A stretch of 51,575 nucleotides of DNA, filler included, from Sphacelaria rigidula (Eukaryota), in NCBI GenBank assembly GCA_964200075.2. It is 4 parts of 4 records of this genome, joined end to end, with 100 filler letters (N's around TTAATTAATTAA, not from the genome) between each part and the next. Parts side by side here need not be neighbours in the genome. Positions count along the whole stretch, not along the records: positions 25,842 to 38,659 come from CAXNAA020003394.1; positions 38,760 to 51,575 come from CAXNAA020003395.1; 2 more parts are not named here. One strand, given 5' to 3'. Below are positions 30,901-43,373 of the stretch, in pieces. A program made the translations under genes and the position numbers. The stretch's first letter is position 1. Each line of letters starts with the position of its first letter. The notes below the pieces were generated by a model. It was not told where the DNA came from. It saw only the letters and a list, made by a program, of their open reading frames with translations, and did not search any database.

Positions 30901-33900
30901 GGGAATGCCATCGCTTTGACGGTTAGTGTTTCACATATATTTCCATATTTCTGCTGCATGGTATCCTTCTCTTGGTTGTAACATGGCCACGCTGCTCTCG
31001 CTGTGCGGTATGTAACAGCAATGCGAAAGGGCCGCCTCTGTACTTGTAGCCGACGTATTCAACGGATGCCTGAGAGGAACTGCTCAGGTGTCGAGTACGA
31101 TGTTGAAGCAGTAGCGAGGGACGGGACCACGGCGTCGTTGTTTGTACACGAGAAGCGCCATGGGATTCCGTGTGTGTGGCGGCATGACACTGTCCAGTGC
31201 GTCGGGCGTGAGAGAGTACGGCTAGGGGGTGGTGTAGCAGAAGTGGTGGGCGGCTTCCCTTCTCTGGCCTGAATGAAGTGCACCGTATATGTCCGTGACT
31301 CGATACATCTGGAGAGAGTAGAGGTACACACCTGGGCGGTGACACAGCTGGTTCCCCGCCCGTTTGGAGCAGGGAAGACAACCGTGTCTCTGGTATTCCG
31401 CGGCACTGACGATTGTGTCGTGTTTGTCCACTCATTTTCTCCGGTTGGTTGTTGACGGGTGCGCACCATCACATGTTCCGCAGAAGGGTCGGTCTTGCTC
31501 GATCGTGTCCCCTAGCCGTTGGTTTGGCGGACAGCGGCACCTTCAACAACCATACTTACCGTGCTGGCAGTTAGTTCACCATCCATGACTATTTTTATTA
31601 CGCTTAATGCGATGTGTGCAACCAACAGTATTTTAGCTTGTTCCACTTTTTTTGTCGTGTTCTCTCCACGTGTATGTTCCCTATACGCAATGCGTCTGTA
31701 TGTGAGTGTGTGTGTTGTCATGTCATCTAATCTGGATGCCAGTCCACACCTTTCGATGTGTGTGGGCGTGTCAGCCGGGGTCACGTAGGAGGAAGGCCGA
31801 CATAGGAGTTGGTGTTTTCTTCTAGTTTTCCACCTTATTTCTGTTCTGCTTGCCTAACGTTTTCATTGCGAGAGGGGTTTTACAGCCCCTTTCCCTCGTC
31901 GAGCGTGAAGTCGAATTGTGTACCCACGGCATAGCCGCTCTCCGCTGTTGGGCATGATGCGAGAAACATTTCCAGATCGTGTGACTGCACCGAGATTCGA
32001 ACTCACGTCCCAACGGTGTGAAGGAGTCGAGGTTACCAACTGAGCCACCGGGGAGACCGGCTTTACAACACGATATATGTTTTCATCAAGATAGGCAGAA
32101 GCAACTAGCTCCGTCCTTTTTCGACCAACTCTTGTACGATATGTATTTGCCGTAGGCATCGCATCCCTGTACATAGATGTCGACTTGTGAAGTAATGGAG
32201 CGTGGCGTAATTTGTTGTCCGCTTTGTCTGTCATGGCATGTCTCACTTGTTTCCTGCTGCTCCCGCCCGGTCCACACACATCGGTCAAATAGACAACACA
32301 GGAGGACTTGTCATTGGACGTGCAGTTGTCAAGAGCGGCGGTGGAGTACCTCTGGGTGGATCGAACGCGGTCGATCCGAGCGAGGTGCGATAGACGTTGG
32401 TGTCTGGGGGTGTGATGTGGTATGCACGGCGCGTCTTTCCTGCCGGGTCGGTCGTGTGTCTTAAGAGCTGCATCTTGCCTTGTTTTGTGCATCTCTGTCC
32501 TCTCCTTTCATTCTCATGTACTTGAGACTGGTTCGAGACGGTCGCATCATCCTGGCTCGGGCTTGCGGTTGTCATTCTGTTGGAGTGTGGTCAACAGTAC
32601 CCCGCCCACACACACATAGACACACAGGGGGAAGTGAATCACTTACTTGGCTCAGGGCCGGCATGTGTCAGGCGATGATGTCCTGTACTGTTCTGCAGTA
32701 AGGCTGTAGGTTTCGACGAGTATGTAAGGCGTGAGTCGTGTCCTGGTTTGTTCCCGCGGCGTGTGTTCGCATAGGATTATCGTCACCGTTCGACTTGACG
32801 TCGTAACACAATGGTAGTAACGACGACGGCGGCGGCGACAAGCATAACGGCCTTGAATTGGCGGTCCATTCTGTTGACCGTGTTGTGCGTAAATTCAGGT
32901 GCGTCCGTGCTATTCTCGCGTTTTCTGCCGCCCGGTTTGTCCCTCACCTGCTGGCAAATACGCCCGATTCGTGCTGCGTGAATAGTCTCGTGGTGTGTAA
33001 CTCGTTTCGTGCTGCCTCGCTCTGTTCTCCCTCGATCTTGTTTATCCGATAGGCCATGGACGGGCTGTTCGGCGCCTTCAATCGCTATGTCCACAACCGC
33101 AAGCAGCAGCAAGACGCGCAGGAGTTCTTGGCGTACACGGTCAATGAGGTTCGATCGGTGTTTGTGTCGATGTCCTGCACTGCCCTAGCCTCCTGAGTGT
33201 CGAGGGACGTGCTATTCGTGCGCAATATTTCGCCCCCACTTGGACACGAAGCACGCGACAGCAAACCAAAACCTCCATGGCGAATTGATGATATACTGAA
33301 ACGCTCCAACACTTTCCCACTCTTTAGCCTGCCTTCTCGGGCTGGTCCGAACCTGACTGTCCCCGTGCGTGTGTGTGATTGCATGCACGCAGCTCAAGGA
33401 TCAGATAGCTGGTGCTTCCACATGCAGCACGGACGGGGGGGCGGCACCGGAGGAGACGGGGAAAGAGGGCGGAGCTGGACATACAGGGGGTAGGATGATG
33501 ATACCCAAGTCCGACGAGTCCGGCAGTGTGGTGCGTTATACTGATGTGATACGATGTCTTGTTGTGCTGCATTGTGGTGCTTTGACTCGGAGTAAGGGCT
33601 ACAGGGGCATACTTGCATGGAGCTGCAAACCCAGGCACTCGGTTGATTCTGCTGCCACGTATCGTAGCGTATTGTAATATTGACATGGTGTCTTGAGGTC
33701 TGCAAGTTGGAATAGAAGACATGGACCGCAGCACCCGATGTTTTCTTCTAGGGGGTGCCAGTGCGGTGGGTCGGGTATACAGCTCGGAGGAGACCCTGGT
33801 CTATATTCATTCATGTATTCATCGTCGCTGCGCGACCGCACCTCCACAGTTAGCAGATAGCGTCAGACTCGGGGTTGTGCTGTCCTTTGTTGTGATGGCT

Positions 33901-36900
33901 TGTCAACGTGGCTCATAGGTCAAGCGCGCAGGGCGTCGTTCTGCAGAAGTGCCGTGTCGTTCGACTCGGCTGCGGTTTGCACACATAGACACGCCCTCCT
34001 GGTGTATGTTCGGTAAACCATGTGGGAGACAACGAATGACTTCCCCCGATACGACTAGCCAGGTCGACTCACATGAAGAGCAGTACAAGTCGATCAATCC
34101 GTCCCTGTGTCATGCTCGCACTCTTTTTTTCAAACCTCTCCTCCGTACGTGTCAATTTCTGCAGATGGACGAACTTTTCTTCGGGAGCTGGAGGCAACAG
34201 CTCACCACTTTCGATGAATTTGGAGCGATCGTGAAGACAGCAATCACGTATTCGCCGTACATGCATCTCCCGGTGAGATGCTGATATTGGCAAATTGAGC
34301 AAACCTTGACAAGCGAAACAGTCACGCGCTCGCAGACGATAAGGGGTCTCGGTTCTACATGAATACAAGCGGTGGCGATCCACAGAATGAAGCACCGGTA
34401 AGGGTCAAAATAAATATGACTTTCGTCGTGGAAATCAATTGTTTTGGTTCCATTTCAGAGTAGTCAGTCGTGCGAGAAGGCTTCCATCCCGTACTGTTGG
34501 TTTGTATTGACGAGGGAGTCCCGTAAACTGAGAATAGACACGCGTATATGATGAGCATCGGGGTGATATAAACACCGACTGCGTAGTGACATTGGGACGA
34601 ACAATCGACGTGTTTCTCGTGACCATACCGGCACACTAGGCGGTTGGTGAACCCTCCCCAATATCGCTCCGACCAAAGACAAACAACGGGCAACGACCGC
34701 CAAAGATGAGCGCAGACAGTACGGCACAGGATAGTACAGGACACGTACTGACAGTACAGTCAGTCACACCGTCACTTCTCTGGAGTACTCAGTCCGTACG
34801 GTCAACCGCGGTCAGCAGCCTTCCAGAGTGTGTCTAGCCTGGCTACCTGTGACGACGCACAATCGTTCCCGGCCGTGCGTCTGCGGCCATGTCGTTGCTC
34901 CATACGGCCTGGTGTGTGTGTCGGTCCCGTGTACTTAATCATGCGTGGGACGTGGTTTGTGTGGTTGTATCCTCGCAGGCCTGAGCCTCAGTCGGGCGGT
35001 GTGATCACCCGGTGAAGCATGTTCGTTGCTGCGCGTGGTACAAGCGACCACACCTTTGCGCACAGACTACGTGCGCCCTCACAGTGCTGGCAGGGGTACC
35101 GAGTAAGGCGTGACTTCTCTCCCCGGCGATTCGTTTGCATCAGTCTCGACTGAAAAAACCATGCTATTTCACCGCCGACCCGATCCTTCATTCAGCGTGT
35201 CCCTCTGGTCCGTGGTTTATGCTGATCCCTTCGAGAACCGGAGCTCAGAAGGCGCTGTAGGGGCTCTGACTGCCGGCACGTAATTGTCTTGTTCCGGCTA
35301 ACAGGCAGCGCGGTGCGGGGAGAAGGGGAAGGAGTTTTCCCTTGTCCCCGTTCTAATGTACTTGCAGGCGGTAGTATCATGCTCAACTTGTTTCTTCACG
35401 CAGATGATGTGGTCTGTTTTCTTTCGAGGATCGCGGCTTGCATTTTTCTTACATTGTGATCGAAGATCTGTGGAGGGTATTTGCGATCATCTGTCTGTGT
35501 ATCCCACCCTGCGGCCTTGAACTCGTCTCCAACACGCTTGCCTCTCTACACGCTCGTTGCAATGAGCGGGAACCAGCCTGAGCTTGAGGGCTACCTACTC
35601 GGTCGTTTCGAAACCTTTGTTGGCGTTTGTTGCGAATAATCGCACACATGAATAAGAAATAGTCTTGGCGCTCACCTGTGCTTTTGGTCGGACGAGGGGT
35701 TTGGTTTACGTAATCGAAAAGTTCCCGTCGTTTTTCCCCGATGCAATCATTGAACTTGATGACACCCATACAGCGAATTGTCGGTTCCCGCGTATATGTC
35801 TGAATTCCCCCACTCCGTCGTTCCTGCTTTCTGCACTGTCTATTCAACCCAAAAACTGTATCTCGGGGCACCCCCCAGTTGCACATCACAGGGCCACAGT
35901 GGACAGAAAAGTCGGTAGGGGGGATGCTGCGGGAGCTCGCCCTAGAGGAGAGCGTGGGTGAAAACCCCGAGGTATGCCTGAGGTGTTGACGTCGTAAAAT
36001 CCAGATCACATCCTCCAACTTGGCAAGGTCGGCCGAAATCGGTGGGGCGAAGATACAACCGATGCACAGTAGTCCGTTGGTGGTACATGTGATACATTCT
36101 AGGGTGTGAGTGTGGCACTGTGGGTACGTGAACGATTTGGTAGGGGGAGGGAAGGGATCAATGAGTTGGGTACTGCTACGCCCTGCCCTGTCGATCGTGA
36201 AGGATGGGCGAGTACGCTTGGAATTGTTTTTGGTCACGTCAAAGCAGCATCTGCGAATCTTTGCAGCCTAACGTGGTGAACAAACGAAAAACGACACGCC
36301 CCCAAGCCCTGGTGAGTAGAGGTGGGCACCCGTGGAAATAAAACAGGCTAAGCCCGGTTTTTTTGCATACCCTATCTCATCCAAATTTTACCGCGCATTG
36401 CCGTGGTGACCGGATACCGTGATAAGCGTCAACAACCTCAAAAAGCCATGCCGGAAGTGAGCCGTGGTTGTTGAAATTTTGATTCATGATGTATTCACTA
36501 TATGTAAGATTTCATTTCTCGTCTTCTTTTTTCCCCCCAAAATATGATCTTTGTTTCTGGTGTGTTTCATTCACTTCAATGCATGTTCTTCAATTAATAT
36601 TTTCATGGTGTGTGGAGATGTAAGGAATAGGGGGGCGTATACATGTCTGCCCATGTTTCCCGTTATGCCAAGACACGATTGCTCTTTGTAGCCAGTCCGT
36701 TGATGTGTGACAAGTCAAATCCATCTGTCAACAAAATCAAATCACTCATTCATGTGTAGGTGAATCCGCCACGGACCACCAGCAGGGGACATCGTACGCC
36801 TACCACTTGATGCATATTATGGCTCTCTTGTATTCGCGCTCCTCTTGTGGTGCTTGCTTCGCAGGGGCTATATCAGAGGAAGGCGATGCAGCTCGAGAAG

Positions 36901-37625
36901 CTGCCTCAAATATTGACGCTCTACATATCCCGGCTAGCTTACAACAAAGACCACGAGTGTGCTTTGAAGCGACCCGATCCTGTCAGGTGACGCCACTCCT
37001 CTGTTGACCACAATCCGCACAAGTAGTACGTGCATCATCGCGAAGCCATAACGTACCCACCTGGGCGTTGAAGACAATCCTTCGGTATATATACTGCTAC
37101 GTAAGTTAACAGAGCATCTCGAGCCAATGAGTGCCGTGTTCCAGTGGTTGATTCATTTGTATTCCTCACAGTGTTTGGTGGCGTCACCACCGCTGCGGTA
37201 CCGTATCCAGATTCAAAAAGAGACGCACGGCCGGCCTGGGGTGCACGAGAGATGCGAAGATGACTCGCAATAACGGGCTGGACAGCGTCGAACCCTCGTA
37301 GCCATTGTGTTTTCGTATTTCGCGCCAGGCGAAAGGCCGGTGATATCGGTCTAGATACCCGTACTGCGATCGATCGTTGGTGAATAATCAACAGTACGGG
37401 GTGGTTAACCCAAGATGTGTATCGTTTCCCGGAGTTTTGTTAAGCGTTTGTAGTTTGCACTCATCCTGTCGGAATACGTCGCTGTCCGTCCCTTCAAAAC
37501 AAAATGTGCGACAACCAGCTACCCTCTGGAGCTCGAGATCCCGGGTGAGCTCCTCTCGGACTCGCTCAAGCAAGAGGCGGCAGAGAACGGCGGTGCCAAC
37601 ATCCGATACCGCTTGAACGCTGTGG
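27966..37625 (+). CDS. Ubiquitin-specific protease (peptidase C19, USP10/Ubp3-like, divergent) with N-terminal IQ-like repeats; partial at both ends
   Basis: Phase-consistent exons 27966-28589, 29081-29761 (or -29809), 30160-30296, 32293-32384, 33053-33148, 33393-33530, 34165-34272, 35879-35971, 36865-36986, 37519-37625. USP motifs appear in order: Cys box PRGIVNTGNNCYRTAVLQAM (Cys 29709-29711), QQQDAQEFLAYTVNELKD, SVMDELFFGSWRQ, PYMHLPLHI...SV..ML..L..EESV, QLEKLPQILTLYISR, YPLELEIPGELLS, YRLNAV. The His-box exon and the start exon were not found in this contig. Confidence 0.88.
31861..32061 (-). mobile_element. tRNA-derived SINE, best-preserved copy 3 (USP intron)
   Basis: Minus strand reads gccggtctccccggTGGCTCAGTTGGtaacctcgactccttcacaccgttgggacgtgaGTTCGAATCtcggtgcagtc. 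Pol III A box at 32047-32036 and B box at 32004-31994, then ~120 nt of non-tRNA body shared with two other copies. Confidence 0.85.
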
Positions 37626-38659
37626 GTAAGTTGGCTTTTTGTACGCGTCATGCCGAGCATGTTTTGTTTCTGTGTTTCTTCCGTTTCCGATTTTCTGGCT
37701 AGGGGAGTGACACGAGGTCTCTGCTTTGATGTGCCACGGGCTTCTTTTGTGTCTGACGATTGGTTCCTGCCACTGCCCAAATATTCTGGGCAAATGGGAT
37801 GTATTTCTGTGGACGCCAGCCTACTGCTACGTACAGTATTGAGTACCCACAGCACGAGAAGGGTATCACTTGCCTCGCTGCACACGTCACCACGCGCAGG
37901 TGAGACAGAACGACCGTACATCGCTCTGCAGTGCTACTCGAGTCTTGGCTTGTCGTGGCTTAGCGTACGCTCCAAACGGTTTACTCTGACTGAAATACAT
38001 GGACCGCTACGCCAAGCTGGACAGGCGTGTAAAGTTGGATATAACAAACGAAGACCTTCTGCATGGGTTAATCATTCGCGGGTTCTTGCGTGTACCTCCC
38101 GGACAGGTAACAGACTGCCTTCTCGCTGGTCAGTCGCACGATTGTAGCTGCTTTATGAGTGGGCACAGGCCCACCACAGGTCTACCAGGCGACCGTTCGA
38201 CGCTTGTTTGTACCCTAGAGTGCACATTGAACACCATTGCACCGAACGCGAGGAGCGGCATCACACACGCCTGCCACAATTTGCGTTGAGAAGAGAAAGG
38301 TGTCTCCCCTCCAGTAGTGTTAACCCGCTGCAGTGTCACCGAAACGAGAAGGCATCTCCTGGCACTCCGCAACAGATGGTGACATTGATCAACCTTTGCA
38401 GTCAGTCACTCAAAAATACGTTGGGCACCTCCCACGATGCAAAACGCAAGTCGATTCGAACAAGTAATTTCCAGTGCGGATGCTTGCCGTAACGTGGTAC
38501 AGGCGTACACCCCTCCCCCCTCCTAACTGTTGATGCTCCTTTGCGTGGTCAATAGTCAAGCGACTAAGGCAATCAGCAAATACTACGCCCCCCCCCGCCC
38601 CCCCCCCCCCCCCCCACCCCCCCCCACCCGCCCCCCGCCGCGACAAGCAGCCACGCACC

Positions 38660-38759
38660 NNNNNNNNNNNNNNNNNNNNNNNNNNNNNNNNNNNNNNNNN
38701 NNNTTAATTAATTAANNNNNNNNNNNNNNNNNNNNNNNNNNNNNNNNNNNNNNNNNNNN
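38660..38759. other. Artificial assembly spacer (N44-TTAATTAATTAA-N44)
   Basis: 100 nt, same linker as the other spacers. Confidence 0.98.
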
Positions 38760-39069
38760 TGCTAAGATTGTTCGGCCCGAAGCCTACTGATTTTCTTGGA
38801 CATGGATGACAGTCCCCAATGAGTTGCTTCATTTTCTGGTGTCGCCACTTCCAGAGACAGCCACGGCTTACACACTGCCTCACGGGTGCCTCACAATTTG
38901 AACAACACGTTAGTACGATCGTCTCATTTGCGCGGGATTGAGGTTTTCTCACCCCGTATAATATGATCTAGCTCGACTAACATCACGGATACCGCAAAAA
39001 AACGCAAGCACGCACAAATAACGGTAACCTGATTGCCTAGCTCACACAGTGAGGGATGCGTTTTACAGC

Positions 39070-39594
39070 GTCATTGCCATCCGACGCGAACCCCAGGGTT
39101 TGTCCCTACAAAGCCGGGACGAAGCACACCGGGTCTTCGCCGGGCAAGCCTCAAGATAGGGATAGGAACAGGGGTAACATGTTTCCAGATGGCACTTCGA
39201 TGACGATGATACTGTAGTCTGGCAGTTCCTCCAGGACGACTTTGAATTACAGATAGCTCAGCCATGCTGCAAAAGTCGGCCGTCTTTAGGTTCGTTTTAT
39301 TCTTTTCTTGTTTAAATGTTTTCTACTTTATTTCGTCTTTCCCCCGAGCTCTTCTTCGTTCCTCTCACTTCCCTTTCTGCTTGATTTTTGTTCATGTTTG
39401 TTTTAGTTCTTCCTCAGTCAACTCCTTGTGTTCGTTCTACCTTTATGTTTCCCCCCCCCCCTCCATTTTTCTTTTTCATCAGCGAGTGATAACGCTTTGT
39501 TTACCTTAGGTACGCCTATCTTGTGGGTAATGACCGCGACTGGGTCTCTCGGGGATCAATTCATGCGCGACAATCAATCAAAACCAATCAATCA
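39070..39594 (+). mobile_element. Probable non-LTR retroposon 3' remnant with (CAAT)n tail, in a CAP-D3 intron
   Basis: T-rich UTR-like tract at 39285-39510 and tail caatcaatcaaaaccaatcaatca at 39571-39594. Shares the motif CCAGGACG...GAATTACAGAT with 5995-6022. Confidence 0.35.
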
Positions 39595-39763
39595 GTGCAT
39601 GAGTGGTAAATCACCGAATAATTGAAACCCCTCAAGCTCGGAAATAATAATGGCAGGATGTGCAAGTGCTGCAAGAGTAAAACTGCTGCGGATTGAGTTA
39701 TCACCACTACATCCCGCCACCATCAACAAGATAGAGGGAGACAACCGCACCCACACAGCATAC

Positions 39764-42700
39764 CTTGGACAGGAAGGAAACGAACCGCGAGCGGTCGCTC
39801 CCCTCCAACTCGGGCAGCAGCGCCGCAATCCCACTCGCCAGTCTTGCCCTTCCCTCCGCTCTCTCCGGCGCCGCCACGCACAGATGCTGCAACATTGTCA
39901 ACACTGGCCTAAACTCTCCTGATCCACTTTTCTTGCCCTCTTCACCTTCGTCATCTTGATCACCTGCATCATTTTGACCCTTTCCGACACCGTCTCCATC
40001 GCTGTTGCTCTTGTTGGCAGAGGCGTTTTCCCGGCCCGGGGATGAGATTTCTTTATCCCCTGCTTCTAAGTTGGCATTCGGTTTACTATTCTTGGACGAC
40101 GTGGGCGAAGTTTCGGTTGTTCCGCTATTGTTGGTATTGGAAGAGTGAGATGAAGATTGGAGTCCCTGAGGACCTTGCCGTTGCTGTCGTTGTTGGCGGG
40201 CGTTTTTCAGAGCGGTCGCGATGGCCGCAGTTATCTTTACAGCATAGTCATGCGCCTTGAGACAGTCCTTGCCCCTGTTCATGTGCGAGTGTGTATGCGG
40301 CGTTCAGGAGGAAATCGACAGCGAGGAGGCTGAAATGTAGTCAGCAACACCTAAAACCTATGGGCAAAATCTACAGGTGTGGACACAGCACGTGAAGGAT
40401 GCTTCTTCGGCGATGAACTGGCAATAATTTGGGGCGTCAAGTACATGTTGATGATGCGTCTTGCACAAGGAATCACTAGCTGCCACCCCCGTGTTAGGAG
40501 GCGGAGGGAAAATAGGGTTTCGATGCTGTTCTTGATCCACTAGGATAGAGGAGCCTTCTCCAGCGGAGATCCCGCCCGTGTCGCGGCAAGTGTTCGAGCG
40601 ACAAATATATTTTACTAAATGTACACATACAACAGCAGTAGAATCACATATATCCGTGTATTTCCTCCCTCCTGTGTTTACGGCCAGTATTTTCTACTCG
40701 CGCTCCCTTCAGCGTTTCCGTTTACTCATTTTGACAGTAAGTAAGCCCATCTTGTGCGACGCTCGGACTCGCGGAGAACATTCACGTGAGACAATCAAGT
40801 AGGGATCACTTACAGTCGGTACTGTGATCACCCTTGACGCGAGATAAATCAAGTAGACTCGCTTGCAATCTGTCGTCACTTCGTCACCTCAACCTCTTCG
40901 ACATCCGCCCTCCACCAACGACACCGACAGCAACAAACCTTATCGGCACGTCGCCCTTGCCGGAAGTCATGAGAATCACGGGCATCAAAGCCTGCAATAC
41001 CGGTGCCTGAGAGCTGGCGCCAGCACTACCGCCTCCGCTGGATGACGAGCCACTCATGACCATGGCCACCATGCACGAGGAGGCCAGCTCAGCCAAGGAC
41101 GGCGGACCATTGACTGCGGCGACGACAGACGTTCCTACCAGTACTTCGCTCAGCTTAACCAGCAAGTCCTGGACGTAGCACGAATGGGCGGTATGGGCGT
41201 TGAGCACACGCGGGCGTTGGGCACGCGTGGGGATTGACATCCGAGGGCATTGGGTAGCATGGTCGAAAACACGGCATGTGCCATGCTGCGGGAAATCTCG
41301 ATGCTCACCAGGAGTGAACCTTTGCGAGACTGTTTTATTGTATCCACGGGAATATTGGACGTTCCAACGTGATACTGCATTCATCGTATCTCGCGTGCCT
41401 TCACAGGAAATCCCGTGTCAACCCACCGCCCTTCGAAAACGTGCGTTACACAAGAGGAGAGCTTTGGAAAAACAGGATACTCGCATTCACCACACGTCCT
41501 AAAATAAATGCTGCTCGCATTTGGATCATTCAAAACGACCGCGGAATCACCTCCAGAGAAACCTGTACACTCTTAGCTCTACTTGTCTGTTGGGGCTCGC
41601 ACGACCGTAACCTCATCACAACCGACATTCTCACAAACCTGGTGAGATATCAAAGTAACCGAACCCACACAAGCCTTCAACAGCCGAAGACACGCCAACA
41701 CCTCCTCCACGTCCCCGCTTCCCCCTCCCCCTCCCCTCCGTCGGCGCGCAACCGCCCGTCCCTCCCCGTCACTTTCCTCTCCTTCCCCCCCCTCACAATT
41801 TTCACTCGCAGCACCGCCGCGGCGTCGTTTCTGTGAACCTCTCACGGCACCCGTCGCCGCTCCGCCCCCAGCGGCACCAGCGCTGGCGTTGGTTCCGGAG
41901 CCGCTGCCTACCGCGCCGTAAACGGTGGAGTTTCTGCACCAAGAGCGTAGATTTGTGAGTACCAGACCTACCACTGCGGGCTGCAAGATGCCATACGCGC
42001 CTGCACCCGGGAGGGAAAGCATGAGCAGGTAGACGCGGGCCGCGAGCCAGGCGGCGGGTGCCGGTGTACGATGCGGGGAGCCTTGGGCGGATTCGTTGTC
42101 TCCCGCGGTAAGCATGAGGCGGAACAAGGTCGTCATCAGTGCGCGGTGCGCCGGTAGTGAAGAGGTTGAGGACGGCGTTTGGGAAAGGATGGTGGACGCG
42201 GGTTGTGTCATGGTCGGCCAGAGCTCGGCGTCCGTTTGGGAGCTGGTGGATGGTTTTGCCCATTTCGCGAAGCAGGTCAGCAACGGCTTCAGCGTCTTTT
42301 TTTTTTCGCGCAGGCGTTTTTTTAATCAAGGGTTGAGGGAGGGGAGGTGCATCGAATGTCAGGAATGGCGTTCGGTCGCTTGGGCAACCTGGACGTTGAG
42401 CGTGCGAAAAAGATCGTCCTTCGCCTTTACGAAAACAGCTCTCAGGAGAAGAGGAGTGTACGCTGTACACTTACAGCAACACAGACATAGTGACTCTTGT
42501 CGGTGCCATCTCTACTGATCCAACAATCTGTGTACCGGTTCAGCACACGGCACATGTCTATGCTGGCAAGCTTGGGTCTGGAAGCTGGGAGATACCGCCC
42601 GCGGCCTTCCACGTTATCCCCCTGTAACTCTGTCTCTACTGCAGTGTCTGCACACAATATTTCGGCATGCAAGGCTCTGACTATCGGAATATGGGGTTAC

Positions 42701-43373
42701 CACACGCGGGACTACCTCTCTCGTACCTATATCATCCACACAATCAGGCAATATGCGCAGTACTGTGCAGTACGGTAGCCCATAGTAGTGCCGCTTACCG
42801 TGTGGCGGCGTTCACTACTGACCGTTATCCATACATTGTACGATACTACTCGTACTTACAGACGGTATGCATGACAACACTCGAAATTTTTAAACGGCCA
42901 GTTTTCAAGTGTATCACAGACCGATGTGGCGATGTTCCTGATTATGATCTCAGATGACGACGACAAGCAAATGACGACAGCCGAGACAAACACACATGCA
43001 CACACACACACTCCTTAAATTGCTAGGCAAGTTGTAGCACAGTACAGGACAGCCAGCCCAGCGCAGTAGCGCTGTAGGCACAAATCGAAAAGTACCACCA
43101 CTACGACTACAGCACATCTGGACATGTGGATGGAGGTCCCAACCCAACCGCCGACTGTTGGTTACATTTTTCTGCTTCAATGCCATCACGACAACATCAA
43201 CGCAATATGCCCACCTTTATCGCCTCATCTTCACAGACATCAAGCAAAGCGAGAGCGGCCTCATCGTGCCTTTCAAGGGCATCGAAATCCTCCTGTGCCA
43301 CCGTACCGTTGTTACAGAGCCTCAGCACCGCAGCCAAGGCAGTCTCTGTCTCCGCGTTGAGGCGAGACCCCAT
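39764..43373 (-). CDS. NCAPD3: Condensin II HEAT subunit CAP-D3, N-terminal ~530 aa, 3'-partial
   Basis: Exons 43373-43215 (ATG), 42621-42536, 42242-41639, 41168-40939, 40274-39764; GT-AG, phases consistent, 1590 nt. Motifs AARVYLLMLSLPGAGAYGILQPAVV...LRSW and MLQHLCVAAPERAEGRARLA..I..LLPEL...RFVSFLSK match the CAP-D3 N-terminal pattern (A..Y.LLL..PGS...F.P; LQH.C....DK.EYR..A.....L..LP). Exons 1-2 rest on phase and splice signals only. Confidence 0.8.

Noticed and set aside
31985..32061. tRNA gene
   Set aside because: A and B boxes are present but there is no convincing acceptor stem or cloverleaf, and it continues into a body shared by three dispersed copies, so it is a SINE head.
33919..34012. 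Candidate USP exon VKRAGRR...DTPSWCMFG
   Set aside because: It ends in phase 1 and breaks the frame; exon 33393-33530 joins 34165 directly in phase 0 and gives the expected SVMDELFFG motif.
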